Source: an uncultured Rhodospirillaceae bacterium (lineage in GTDB: Bacteria; Pseudomonadota; Alphaproteobacteria; Rhodospirillales; UBA2165). From it: DNA of 64,000 nucleotides. The position numbers and the translations under genes are program-made. Position 1 is the first letter of the stretch, and the number at the start of each line of letters is the position of its first letter. The notes beneath the pieces are model-generated. The model was not told the origin of the DNA, searched no databases, and saw only the letters and a list, made by a program, of their open reading frames with translations. Positions 42,319 through 50,189 of this stretch are shown here, one piece after another. Where the stretch lies: NCBI GenBank assembly GCA_964566055.1, contig CAZMHI010000011.1, positions 25,851-89,850 of the forward strand, read 5' to 3'.

Positions 42319-42708
42319 CTAGCCTGCCTTACCTTTACACTTACACAGACCACGCAAATACTTGATCAAGCCATTGGCATCGGCGTCTGAGATCGTCTTA
42401 CCCCAGGGCGGCATCAATGGTGATTTACTTTGCGACGGGCCGCCATCCATGACGATGCCGCGGATATAATTATCTGTGAGCTTGCTCATCTCTTTAGCAT
42501 TGGTGAAATCCCGCGGTGTAACCGGGAAATCCTTGGTCACATTGGGGCCCTTGCCTTTGCCTTCGAGGCCATGACATTGGGCGCAGTAGAATCTAAAAGT
42601 TTCTTCGGCTCCCGCTGCTTTTGCAGTTTCAGTGTTAATAAACCAGGCCAAGCCAAATACGGCGGCCAGGAGAGAAATTTTGCTTAGTTTTTTCATTGCT
42701 CTAGCCAT
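42319..42708 (-). CDS. Periplasmic mono-haem cytochrome c
   Basis: 129 aa. Signal peptide and CAQCHGLEGKGKGP. Alternative ATG at 42696 with better SD spacing. Confidence 0.8.
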   Translation of the reverse strand: MARAMKKLSKISLLAAVFGLAWFINTETAKAAGAEETFRFYCAQCHGLEGKGKGPNVTKDFPVTPRDFTNAKEMSKLTDNYIRGIVMDGGPSQSKSPLMPPWGKTISDADANGLIKYLRGLCKCKGKAG

Positions 42709-42710
42709 CC

Positions 42711-43373
42711 TTATTTGAGGTTGCTGACATGTTTAGCGACGTTTTTGAGATCCTTATCCTTCAAAATACCCGCGAAGGTCGGCATCGCTTTGAACGGTTT
42801 GAAGTGAGTGGGATTTTTCAAATAGGCGTAAATCCAATCGGGGTTGAGCCGTTTGCCGACGCCAACCAAGGTTGGGCCGCTGAAGCCACCGGTAATCTTG
42901 CCTTTTTTGCTGGCCGATTGATGACAGCCGGTGCAGGGCATTTTCTTGGTGAAAATCTTTTTACCTTTAAGACTTTTCTTTGGCTTAATAACACCCGCTT
43001 TAACTTCGCCGGTGGTTTTACTCATCAGGAAGTCAGCAACATTGGCGGCATCGCCACCGGATAATTTCGGATGGTCGCCCGCGTTCTTTTTGGTCAGCGA
43101 GTTATAAGCCAAATGGCGGATCGGTTTTGGGTCCTGGAGCCAGCCCTTGAGCCAGGCTGCCTGGAACTTAGATCCTGCATACCAGAGTTCAGGGCCTTTT
43201 TTGGCCATTTGGTCGGCAATGCTTTTTTCTTTAGCCGGACCCTCGGTATAGTGGCAACCGGTACATTTTTGAGCTTCGAAGGCAGCTTTACCAGCGCCTG
43301 CGTCAGCATGTGCCGCACCAGCGACAAAGCCGAAGAGGCTCATTGCTGCAATTGCAGATATGATAATTTTCAT
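42711..43373 (-). CDS. Periplasmic di-haem cytochrome c
   Basis: 220 aa. Signal peptide and two CTGCH motifs. Confidence 0.8.
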   Translation of the reverse strand: MKIIISAIAAMSLFGFVAGAAHADAGAGKAAFEAQKCTGCHYTEGPAKEKSIADQMAKKGPELWYAGSKFQAAWLKGWLQDPKPIRHLAYNSLTKKNAGDHPKLSGGDAANVADFLMSKTTGEVKAGVIKPKKSLKGKKIFTKKMPCTGCHQSASKKGKITGGFSGPTLVGVGKRLNPDWIYAYLKNPTHFKPFKAMPTFAGILKDKDLKNVAKHVSNLK

Positions 43374-43410
43374 TTTCCTACTCCTTTTTTTTGCTGGCCA
43401 AGCGGCTTAT

Positions 43411-45075
43411 TTATGCCGGTTTAGCCTGCGCCTTTTTCATCAGCCAGAACCCTAATCCGCCTGTGATCAGGAAGGCCAAAATCGCATAGACATAAACTTC
43501 CATCGGCGTCGGCGCTTCAAGAAAGACGAAATGCCACGTCGACAAACTCATAATTTTGCCATGCTCACCGTTCGAACCATCCCAGGCATTGATCGACATG
43601 GGAATGAACTTACCGGCACTAAATTGAATATCGTTACTGTCTTCGGTAACCAGCGGACGCTTCATGACAACGCGCCAGCGGCCGTCTTTCCACTCCGAAG
43701 TGGATGTAACCTGTTGCTGATCTTTGGCTTGCGCCCGGGCTGGTTGCTGGTAGCCGCGTGCGGTTGCTTCCTCAGCACCCGATTTAGCTTTTTCCGCCAG
43801 ATCAGCTTTCCAAACCCAGAGATTAACCGCATTGGAAGAACTGCCGCGGAGGAAATGGGGCTTCTTGGTGCCGGGCTTAAACTTGGCCGGGAATTGCAAA
43901 GCCACCGAATCCCGGAAGGTTTCAAGAGCACGCGGGATCATATCATTGGCGGCAACATAAGAATTATAGGCGCCAACTTTGCTGATATCCGCAGTCTTGA
44001 ACTCCTTGTCCTTTTTGTGAGTGATGTCCTTGAAGGGATCATCCCACTCCATCAGGAAAGAGATTTCTTTGTCGTTGAAGGCCGCCTTGATAGTGACCAG
44101 TTCAATGCCCGGATTCTGCCAGCGGGGAGCCGCAACAACCTGGCCGGCCAGACGCATATCCATCGGCTCGGCTGTCTGCCAGGCCTCATCATCCGGTTTA
44201 GCGGGTACGTCACCTTCAACTTTTTTGGCTTTGAGCACTTGATGAGAGGTCGGATTATGCTGCAGTGATTTGATGAAATTAGCCAACGCCCAGCGGTCTT
44301 CATTAGAGAGCGCCTTAGCGAAGGACGGCATCGGCGTGCCGTTAATACCGGTCGAGAAGCGCATATAAATATCTTCGACGTTGCTGCCGCCTTTAATCTT
44401 CCAGGGCAGCGTGACGTTACGAATACGGATCGGGAAACCCCAATCATCTTTACGGTCAAAAGCTTTCTGGCCATTACCCCGGCCTTGCTTGCCGTGACAT
44501 TCCCAGCATTTTGCTTTGAGGAAAATTTCTTTACCCTTGGCGACAAGCTCTTCGCTATAGGGCGGCAGATTTGATGGCAGCGTGACCAGCTTATTGGTCT
44601 TAATCGGATCAAGCTCTTCGTCATCAAATTCCTGAGCGAAAGTTTTGATATATGCAATAACCTGCCAGCGCTTCTCTTCGCTCAAGCCATTTTTAATAAT
44701 ATCGCTATCAAACGCCTGCATACCGGTGCCTTGGAGGCCACGGCTGACAGTGCGGAACAGATCAGCATCGGTCGGCAGTTCACCCGACTGGGTTTTCCGG
44801 AACTTAAAGGTACCGAGGGTGAAATCGCGGGGCCGTGGATCCATATAATCGGCAGCCGGTCCGTTGCCATCGCCCAACAGGCCGTGGCACATGACGCAGC
44901 GGCGGGAGTAGATTTCCCGGCCTTTTTCAACAAAAGCTTCTGTCGCTTCCGGCATTGGCTTGGCGGCAACATCGGCTGCTGAAACCGGCGTGGCAATAGA
45001 GGCCGATAAGGTAAGCACTGCAGCAGCGAAAGTGAATTTCAAAAATGTCACTATATTTCTTAAAGTTCCTCGCAT
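43411..45075 (-). CDS. Di-haem cytochrome c fused to an EB_dh/DOMON-like domain and a C-terminal TM anchor (module 2)
   Basis: 554 aa. CVMCH and CWECH. EB_dh-like motifs (DSVALQFP, VNLWVWKA, DGRWRVVMKRPL, INAWDGSNGEHGK). C-terminal TM. Paralogue of 36830..38353. Confidence 0.75.
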   Translation of the reverse strand: MRGTLRNIVTFLKFTFAAAVLTLSASIATPVSAADVAAKPMPEATEAFVEKGREIYSRRCVMCHGLLGDGNGPAADYMDPRPRDFTLGTFKFRKTQSGELPTDADLFRTVSRGLQGTGMQAFDSDIIKNGLSEEKRWQVIAYIKTFAQEFDDEELDPIKTNKLVTLPSNLPPYSEELVAKGKEIFLKAKCWECHGKQGRGNGQKAFDRKDDWGFPIRIRNVTLPWKIKGGSNVEDIYMRFSTGINGTPMPSFAKALSNEDRWALANFIKSLQHNPTSHQVLKAKKVEGDVPAKPDDEAWQTAEPMDMRLAGQVVAAPRWQNPGIELVTIKAAFNDKEISFLMEWDDPFKDITHKKDKEFKTADISKVGAYNSYVAANDMIPRALETFRDSVALQFPAKFKPGTKKPHFLRGSSSNAVNLWVWKADLAEKAKSGAEEATARGYQQPARAQAKDQQQVTSTSEWKDGRWRVVMKRPLVTEDSNDIQFSAGKFIPMSINAWDGSNGEHGKIMSLSTWHFVFLEAPTPMEVYVYAILAFLITGGLGFWLMKKAQAKPA

Positions 45076-46040
45076 TATTCAGACTCCGGAATTCGGGGAG
45101 TCTTTTCGGCGAGGTCGTATTCCGCCAAAATAATCTTCCACCGTTCTTCATCGGTGAGGTTTTTCTTCCATTCCGGCATGGCCGAATCCCAAGGCGTTGC
45201 CTCGGTTGGCAGGCCTGGGCCGCCATTCATAACCCGCCAGAAGGTGTAACCTTCGACGATGGTTTCAATGGTGCCGTTATCGGTGAAGTTGATCGGGCGC
45301 AGTTTAAAGCCGTCAGCCATCGGGCCGTCACCGGCAACGCTGTCGCCATGGCAGGGGCGGCAGTTCATGGCGTAGAGTGTGCGGCCTTCATAGAGATCGA
45401 TTTGATGCAGCACTTCCTTGGCAGACGCTTCGGTGATTTTTTCAGCTTTTAATTCAGCCAGCAGTTTCTTAACTGATTCACCCGGCAAAAAATCTAAGGT
45501 ATGATCCGGATCAGCCTCTTCTTTCCAGGCATCGATGTCTTTCTGCACTTGCGGAATGAAGGTGATTTCATCCTCCTTAACCTGTTCGATAAAGGCCTTA
45601 ACCCGGTCTGGGGTCGGCTCGTTGTAAGGATTTTTCATGCTTTCAAATTTCTTGGGAAAATTTGATGATGGATGCTGGATGCGGAGACTCGACGGCAATT
45701 GCACTTTCGGCACGGTAATGTCATAGACCTGCCAGCCGATGACGGCCGGCACCGCGACCAGAACTGCCAAGCGAAAGGCCTTGGTGTACTCGCCCCGCAG
45801 CATTTTCCGGATCGGACCCCAGAACTCTTCCATGAATTCATCAGAAAATGTGACCAAAGCAAACAGTGCCACGCACGTTAGGGTCATATAGATAAAGACC
45901 AAGGTGCCCGGCACGGTCAGCGGAAAGGGCAACGCGGTAATACTGCGGGAAACCGCCGGGATTACCCATTTAACAATGCCGTAGAACACCAAAATAGTCG
46001 CGACGACAGACCAAAAACGATTTATTTTAAATTTACTCAT
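45075..46040 (-). CDS. Three-TM-anchored mono-haem cytochrome c (module 2)
   Basis: 321 aa. N-terminal TM helices and CRPCHGDSVAGDGP. Paralogue of 38366..39133. 1-nt stop/start overlap with the downstream gene. Confidence 0.75.
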   Translation of the reverse strand: MSKFKINRFWSVVATILVFYGIVKWVIPAVSRSITALPFPLTVPGTLVFIYMTLTCVALFALVTFSDEFMEEFWGPIRKMLRGEYTKAFRLAVLVAVPAVIGWQVYDITVPKVQLPSSLRIQHPSSNFPKKFESMKNPYNEPTPDRVKAFIEQVKEDEITFIPQVQKDIDAWKEEADPDHTLDFLPGESVKKLLAELKAEKITEASAKEVLHQIDLYEGRTLYAMNCRPCHGDSVAGDGPMADGFKLRPINFTDNGTIETIVEGYTFWRVMNGGPGLPTEATPWDSAMPEWKKNLTDEERWKIILAEYDLAEKTPRIPESE

Positions 46041-46055
46041 CTTTGTTCATCCGCC

Positions 46056-47039
46056 CTATTTTTTCTTGCCTTTTTGCATCAACATGAAGGAAAGAACATC
46101 TTGATAGTCCTTCACCGTCATTTCTTCCGATAGATCATCCGGCATGATGCTTAAAAGTTTGTCTTGAGTGATTTCCTTGATGTCGGATTTCTTAATTGAA
46201 ACTTCGTCGCCATCTTTGGTAACGAGTTCAACGGCGCCGTCTTCTTCACCCGCTTTGAGGCCGACGACTTTGCGGCCATCTTTTTTAACTACGACAAACG
46301 TCTCAAAGCCTTTTGTGATACTTTTTGCCGGCTCAAGGATGGCTTCAGAAATAAACTTGAGCCCCTTAGTTCCAACTGTTGAGAGATCAGGTCCGACATC
46401 ACCCGGCTCACCTTCAAGCGAATGACAATCGCCGCAAGTTTCTTCATAGACTTCCTTGCCATGCGCCGGATCACCACCACCAGCCGCCGAGGCGACAGCG
46501 ATTTTACCGTAAAACCCTTGCGTGATTTCGCTCGGATTGTTGATCTCAGCGATATCAAATTCACCGCCTTGCGCTTGCATATAAGCGGCTGTCGCCTTGA
46601 TCTCATCCAGGCTCAGGGAGATCGGCGGGGCATAGACCACCGCCATTTCATTTTTGTATCCTTTGACGACGTAGGCACCGGGATCACTCAGGCTTTCAAC
46701 TATGTAATCAAGCGCCGTATACTTCTTGCCGGTTTTTTCCGAGCGTTCCTTAGCACGTTCAACCGCACGGGCACCCATCGGCAGCGGGAATTTTTCACCG
46801 AACTGACCGTGATTGGGACCACGCACCGCACTGCCCCGGTCACCAACTGAGTGGCAGGTGAAGCAGCGGCCTTTGCCCCAGTAAATCGCTTCGCCGCCTT
46901 CCGGTGTAACTTCAACTGCACCGGTCGCAGCAGCTTTTTTCTCGCCGCCCGTTAATTTGGTGACGGAATGGCCGACCCAGTTAAAGACGCCGAAAACCAC
47001 CAACAAGAAGATAAATACTTTTCCAACAGCTTTTGCCAT
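46056..47039 (-). CDS. Membrane-anchored di-haem cytochrome c with a Planctomycete/Verrucomicrobia-type haem-binding C-terminal domain (module 2)
   Basis: 327 aa. Anchor, CFTCH and CGDCH. The tail ILEPAKSITKGFETF...LSIMPDDL...DVLSFML resembles the PVC-type CxxCH domain. Confidence 0.7.
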   Translation of the reverse strand: MAKAVGKVFIFLLVVFGVFNWVGHSVTKLTGGEKKAAATGAVEVTPEGGEAIYWGKGRCFTCHSVGDRGSAVRGPNHGQFGEKFPLPMGARAVERAKERSEKTGKKYTALDYIVESLSDPGAYVVKGYKNEMAVVYAPPISLSLDEIKATAAYMQAQGGEFDIAEINNPSEITQGFYGKIAVASAAGGGDPAHGKEVYEETCGDCHSLEGEPGDVGPDLSTVGTKGLKFISEAILEPAKSITKGFETFVVVKKDGRKVVGLKAGEEDGAVELVTKDGDEVSIKKSDIKEITQDKLLSIMPDDLSEEMTVKDYQDVLSFMLMQKGKKK

Positions 47040-47050
47040 AGAGTTATTCC

Positions 47051-49243
47051 TTACTCGCCCGGCTGTTCGCTGGCGGTGGGTGATGGTTGGACTTCAAGTT
47101 CATCGTGATCACCCTCATGCTCATGGGCGACCAGGCTGCCGATCCAGAACATAAAGGCAATGCCGATCATAAAGACGACGAAACTCATGCCGACCATTTG
47201 GGTCATGGTGAAATTGCTTGGGGTAAAGGACCATTCCGAGGTATCGCGCATGATGCCAAAGATGTGCCAATCACCGCGGAGACCTGAGCGAATAAAGCCC
47301 ATCAGGCCCATATTCAGCGTGATCACAAAGGTCAGCAGCAAGAGTGCAAATTGGCTGCGGGTGGTCATCTTGCCCCATTCCATGGGACCGATTTCCTTGG
47401 CAGATCTAAAGAGGTAAAGATCAATCGCAGTGACCAGGATCAAGCAGGCAATCAATTGCAGGAACTGAGCAACAGCAACGTTCCTCAAGAACGGTGAAGC
47501 CTGTTCCATCACCACAAAGCCATAGACACCTAAGAATATCGTCACATTAAAGGCCGTTACCGCCATATAGAGGTATTGCGCAAATTTACCCCGGTCGCGT
47601 AGCGCCAGCAGCACCGATATCACGGCTACAACACAGTTAAAGATCAAGAGATAGCCGACGGTACGGAAAAACTCAGCCCGGTCAGCCGGCAGATCGAGAT
47701 GCGCCGGATCCATGGTGATCAACGTCACCGCATACTGGCCGACGATAAAGACCGCCAAGGCGCCAGCCAGGGAAATTACTACTGCCGGCGCGCGGCCTTG
47801 CTGTGAAATCGGCACAATGTCGCTTTTATTGCCACGCCGGTACAGCAGGAAACTGAAGAAGGTCGCCAGAATAATCAAATTGATCACGGCGTTCTTAGCC
47901 GGCATCAGGCCTAAGAATTTAAGTGTCGGATGATATTGCGAGCCGCCCATTTCACTCACTTCCTGACCGGTCAACGGCAGGTTGTGCGGAGTCAGCCAGA
48001 CGGCGAAGGAGACACAAAGCGCAAACAATATATATTTGATGTATTTGTAATAGCGATCAGAGCCCGGAATACGGGTCATACCACTCCAAAGATAGTAGTT
48101 GGTGATCAGGAAGATCGAGCCCACCAGCAGCGCCTGAATGATAAAGGTCCAGGAAAAGTCGCCGCCCATCATATTGTTACCCATGACGGCACTGTTGGAA
48201 TAAACCTCGCGACCGAGATAATAACCGGCAAAGGGCAGCGGGATCAGGGCGGCAATAGCAACCAGATTGGCGATATAGCCCATCCAGTCGTAATGGGCTT
48301 TGTCCGCCTGATTCTTGGAGCCGATAAATTTCACGGCGGCATAGGAGCCTGCGACCAACCCACCAAAGGCCAAATTGCCAAGCATGCGGTGGACGGCAAT
48401 CGGTGTCGCCAGGATATTTTCAAAAGCCACCCAAACATGACCGGTTAAGCGGCCGGCCTCATCAACACCAGCCGGGCTCATCATGAAACCAGCCATTGAG
48501 TTGGCGGCCATCATGATTGCCGTACCGACAACGTTCAACATGATACCGATGAAGATGTGCGTACTTTTGAGGTCCTTCATTATATAGAAACCGATGGACA
48601 TCGGCAGCAGATACAAGAGCGCCATAAACACCCGAGTATCACTGCGCATTTCCCAGCCGATAACATCGAAGAAGAACAGGACAGTTACAATAAACAGCGC
48701 CACGCCAATGGCTTTGAAAATCATCTGCAAACGCGCGCTATAGGGCGCACGGTTCTTCATGGCGTTCCAGCCATAGTAATAAATATAGAGCGCAAAAGTT
48801 TCAAAGAAGAACAGTATTGCGTAGACAAACATGACGTCTTTGAAAGTGCCCGCCATATAGCCCATGAATGTCGGGTAGAGCGAGAATAAGGCAAAAGCCA
48901 GCATACCGCCAAAGGCCGCCGTGGTTGCGTAAGCAACGCTTAGCAAGCTGGTAAATTCATACGCCAGCTTGTCGTAACGCTGGTCATTACTGCGCCAGCC
49001 GACAATTTCGATGATGACAGCGAACAACGGTACACCCAGCACGAAAGCACCGAAAAACAGATGCATTTGCGCCAGGAACCAGACAACTTTCCGGGAATCT
49101 AGTCCCAGAACCTGGCGGTAGACATTGGCTTCCTGCGCCAGGGCTGGAAAAGCGAAGAATACAATCGCAATGAGTGCGCCGGCTATGATGGCCCGGCGAC
49201 GCCTCGCATTGGTCAAGAAAATGGGTTCACGAGATGACTGCAA
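47051..49243 (-). CDS. Cytochrome bd subunit I (CydA)-like polytopic membrane protein lacking a Q-loop (module 2)
   Basis: 730 aa. TTG start with a GGAGTAGG SD. AQMHLFFGAFVLGVPLFAVIIEIVG, ANSMAGFMMSPAGVD, AVHRMLGNLAFGG. Paralogue of 39955..41850 with long shared stretches (YYKYIKYI, NL.ILATF.SFL.YRR.NK). Confidence 0.7.
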   Translation of the reverse strand: MQSSREPIFLTNARRRRAIIAGALIAIVFFAFPALAQEANVYRQVLGLDSRKVVWFLAQMHLFFGAFVLGVPLFAVIIEIVGWRSNDQRYDKLAYEFTSLLSVAYATTAAFGGMLAFALFSLYPTFMGYMAGTFKDVMFVYAILFFFETFALYIYYYGWNAMKNRAPYSARLQMIFKAIGVALFIVTVLFFFDVIGWEMRSDTRVFMALLYLLPMSIGFYIMKDLKSTHIFIGIMLNVVGTAIMMAANSMAGFMMSPAGVDEAGRLTGHVWVAFENILATPIAVHRMLGNLAFGGLVAGSYAAVKFIGSKNQADKAHYDWMGYIANLVAIAALIPLPFAGYYLGREVYSNSAVMGNNMMGGDFSWTFIIQALLVGSIFLITNYYLWSGMTRIPGSDRYYKYIKYILFALCVSFAVWLTPHNLPLTGQEVSEMGGSQYHPTLKFLGLMPAKNAVINLIILATFFSFLLYRRGNKSDIVPISQQGRAPAVVISLAGALAVFIVGQYAVTLITMDPAHLDLPADRAEFFRTVGYLLIFNCVVAVISVLLALRDRGKFAQYLYMAVTAFNVTIFLGVYGFVVMEQASPFLRNVAVAQFLQLIACLILVTAIDLYLFRSAKEIGPMEWGKMTTRSQFALLLLTFVITLNMGLMGFIRSGLRGDWHIFGIMRDTSEWSFTPSNFTMTQMVGMSFVVFMIGIAFMFWIGSLVAHEHEGDHDELEVQPSPTASEQPGE

Positions 49244-49286
49244 TTACCTACTCCGCTTTACGTATTGAATTAGCCGAAACTGATTG

Positions 49287-50069
49287 TTACTTGGCCTTAA
49301 AGGAGAAATTTGCAGCTGCTTTGCCGCCTCCCTTGACGGTGACTTTTGATTTAATGACACCGAGACGCGGATGCCATGCCTTGACCGTGTATTTGCCCGC
49401 TGGAACGTTATCCAATGAATACGATCCATCATCTTTAACAACAACAGCATAGGGATTTTTTGGAGCCATCATGTAACCGAACATGAAGTTGTGAGCTTCA
49501 CAGTTAATGGCAATGTAAGGAGAGCGGCGCGGTTTCAAATCTTGTTTGATGTCGCCTGGATCAGGCTGGCCAAAATTGAACATTGTGCGTTTGACGACGC
49601 GTTTCTTTTCAACGCCAATCATTTCGCGCGTGTTGATATTGTGCAGTACGCCTTTGTCACTGTTGCGGATAATTACCGGACCGGGCTGAATAACTTGCGC
49701 CCAGGGAGTGAAACGGCATTTTTCCTGATTGATCAGATAATTACCGCCTTTGGGCTTACCCCATTTTTTACCGGCTTTGATTTTATGAATAAAGACGAAA
49801 GTGCCGCGAAGGGCACCATCTTTAACATCAATCCAAACCACTTCCCGCTCACCTTTACCGCAGACTTCGGGGTTTTTAGTGATCAGGATTTTTTCGACAC
49901 CGTCAGCAGGCACGGCGCCACTGAAAGTAACTTTACCAGCGATGCTGCCGCCATTTGATACGGCACCTGCTTTATATTTGGATTTGGCCGCCAAGGCATC
50001 TGTGGCAAGAGCAGCAGTAATTAACGCGCCGGCTGCAGCTACAACTGCTATTTTCGATGAGAATTTCAT
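49287..50069 (-). CDS. Periplasmic cupredoxin-like (type-1 Cu ligand pattern) protein with a CarboxypepD_reg-like C-terminal domain
   Basis: Signal peptide. GVLHNIN ... INCEAHNFM gives the H...C-x2-H-x2-M ligand pattern seen in amicyanin. The C-terminal segment DDGSYSLDNVPAGKYTVKAWHP is CarboxypepD_reg-like. Confidence 0.55.
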   Translation of the reverse strand: MKFSSKIAVVAAAGALITAALATDALAAKSKYKAGAVSNGGSIAGKVTFSGAVPADGVEKILITKNPEVCGKGEREVVWIDVKDGALRGTFVFIHKIKAGKKWGKPKGGNYLINQEKCRFTPWAQVIQPGPVIIRNSDKGVLHNINTREMIGVEKKRVVKRTMFNFGQPDPGDIKQDLKPRRSPYIAINCEAHNFMFGYMMAPKNPYAVVVKDDGSYSLDNVPAGKYTVKAWHPRLGVIKSKVTVKGGGKAAANFSFKAK

Positions 50070-50140
50070 GTTTTCCTACCTCTTTTAAGAACTATTCAAA
50101 ATTCATAGGGCAAATTAGACGGTTTCAAATGAAACGGTCC

Positions 50141-50154
50141 TTGATCTAGATCAG
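50141..50154 (-). promoter_or_regulatory. Near-perfect FNR/CRP-family box TTGAT-CTAG-ATCAG
   Basis: 9/10 match to TTGAT-N4-ATCAA. Lies in the 120-nt gap upstream of the cupredoxin gene, with a TAATTT hexamer 33 bp downstream of the centre. Confidence 0.5.
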
Positions 50155-50189
50155 ATTTGATTTAAGAAATTGACGTTTTCACGATTATG

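Noticed and set aside
39955-49243. Annotating the two CydA-like genes as standard cytochrome bd ubiquinol oxidase subunit I
   Set aside because: No cydB or cydX partner is present, the Q-loop region is reduced to a short loop, and the proteins have extra C-terminal helices. They are embedded among c-type cytochromes. The standard name would therefore be misleading.
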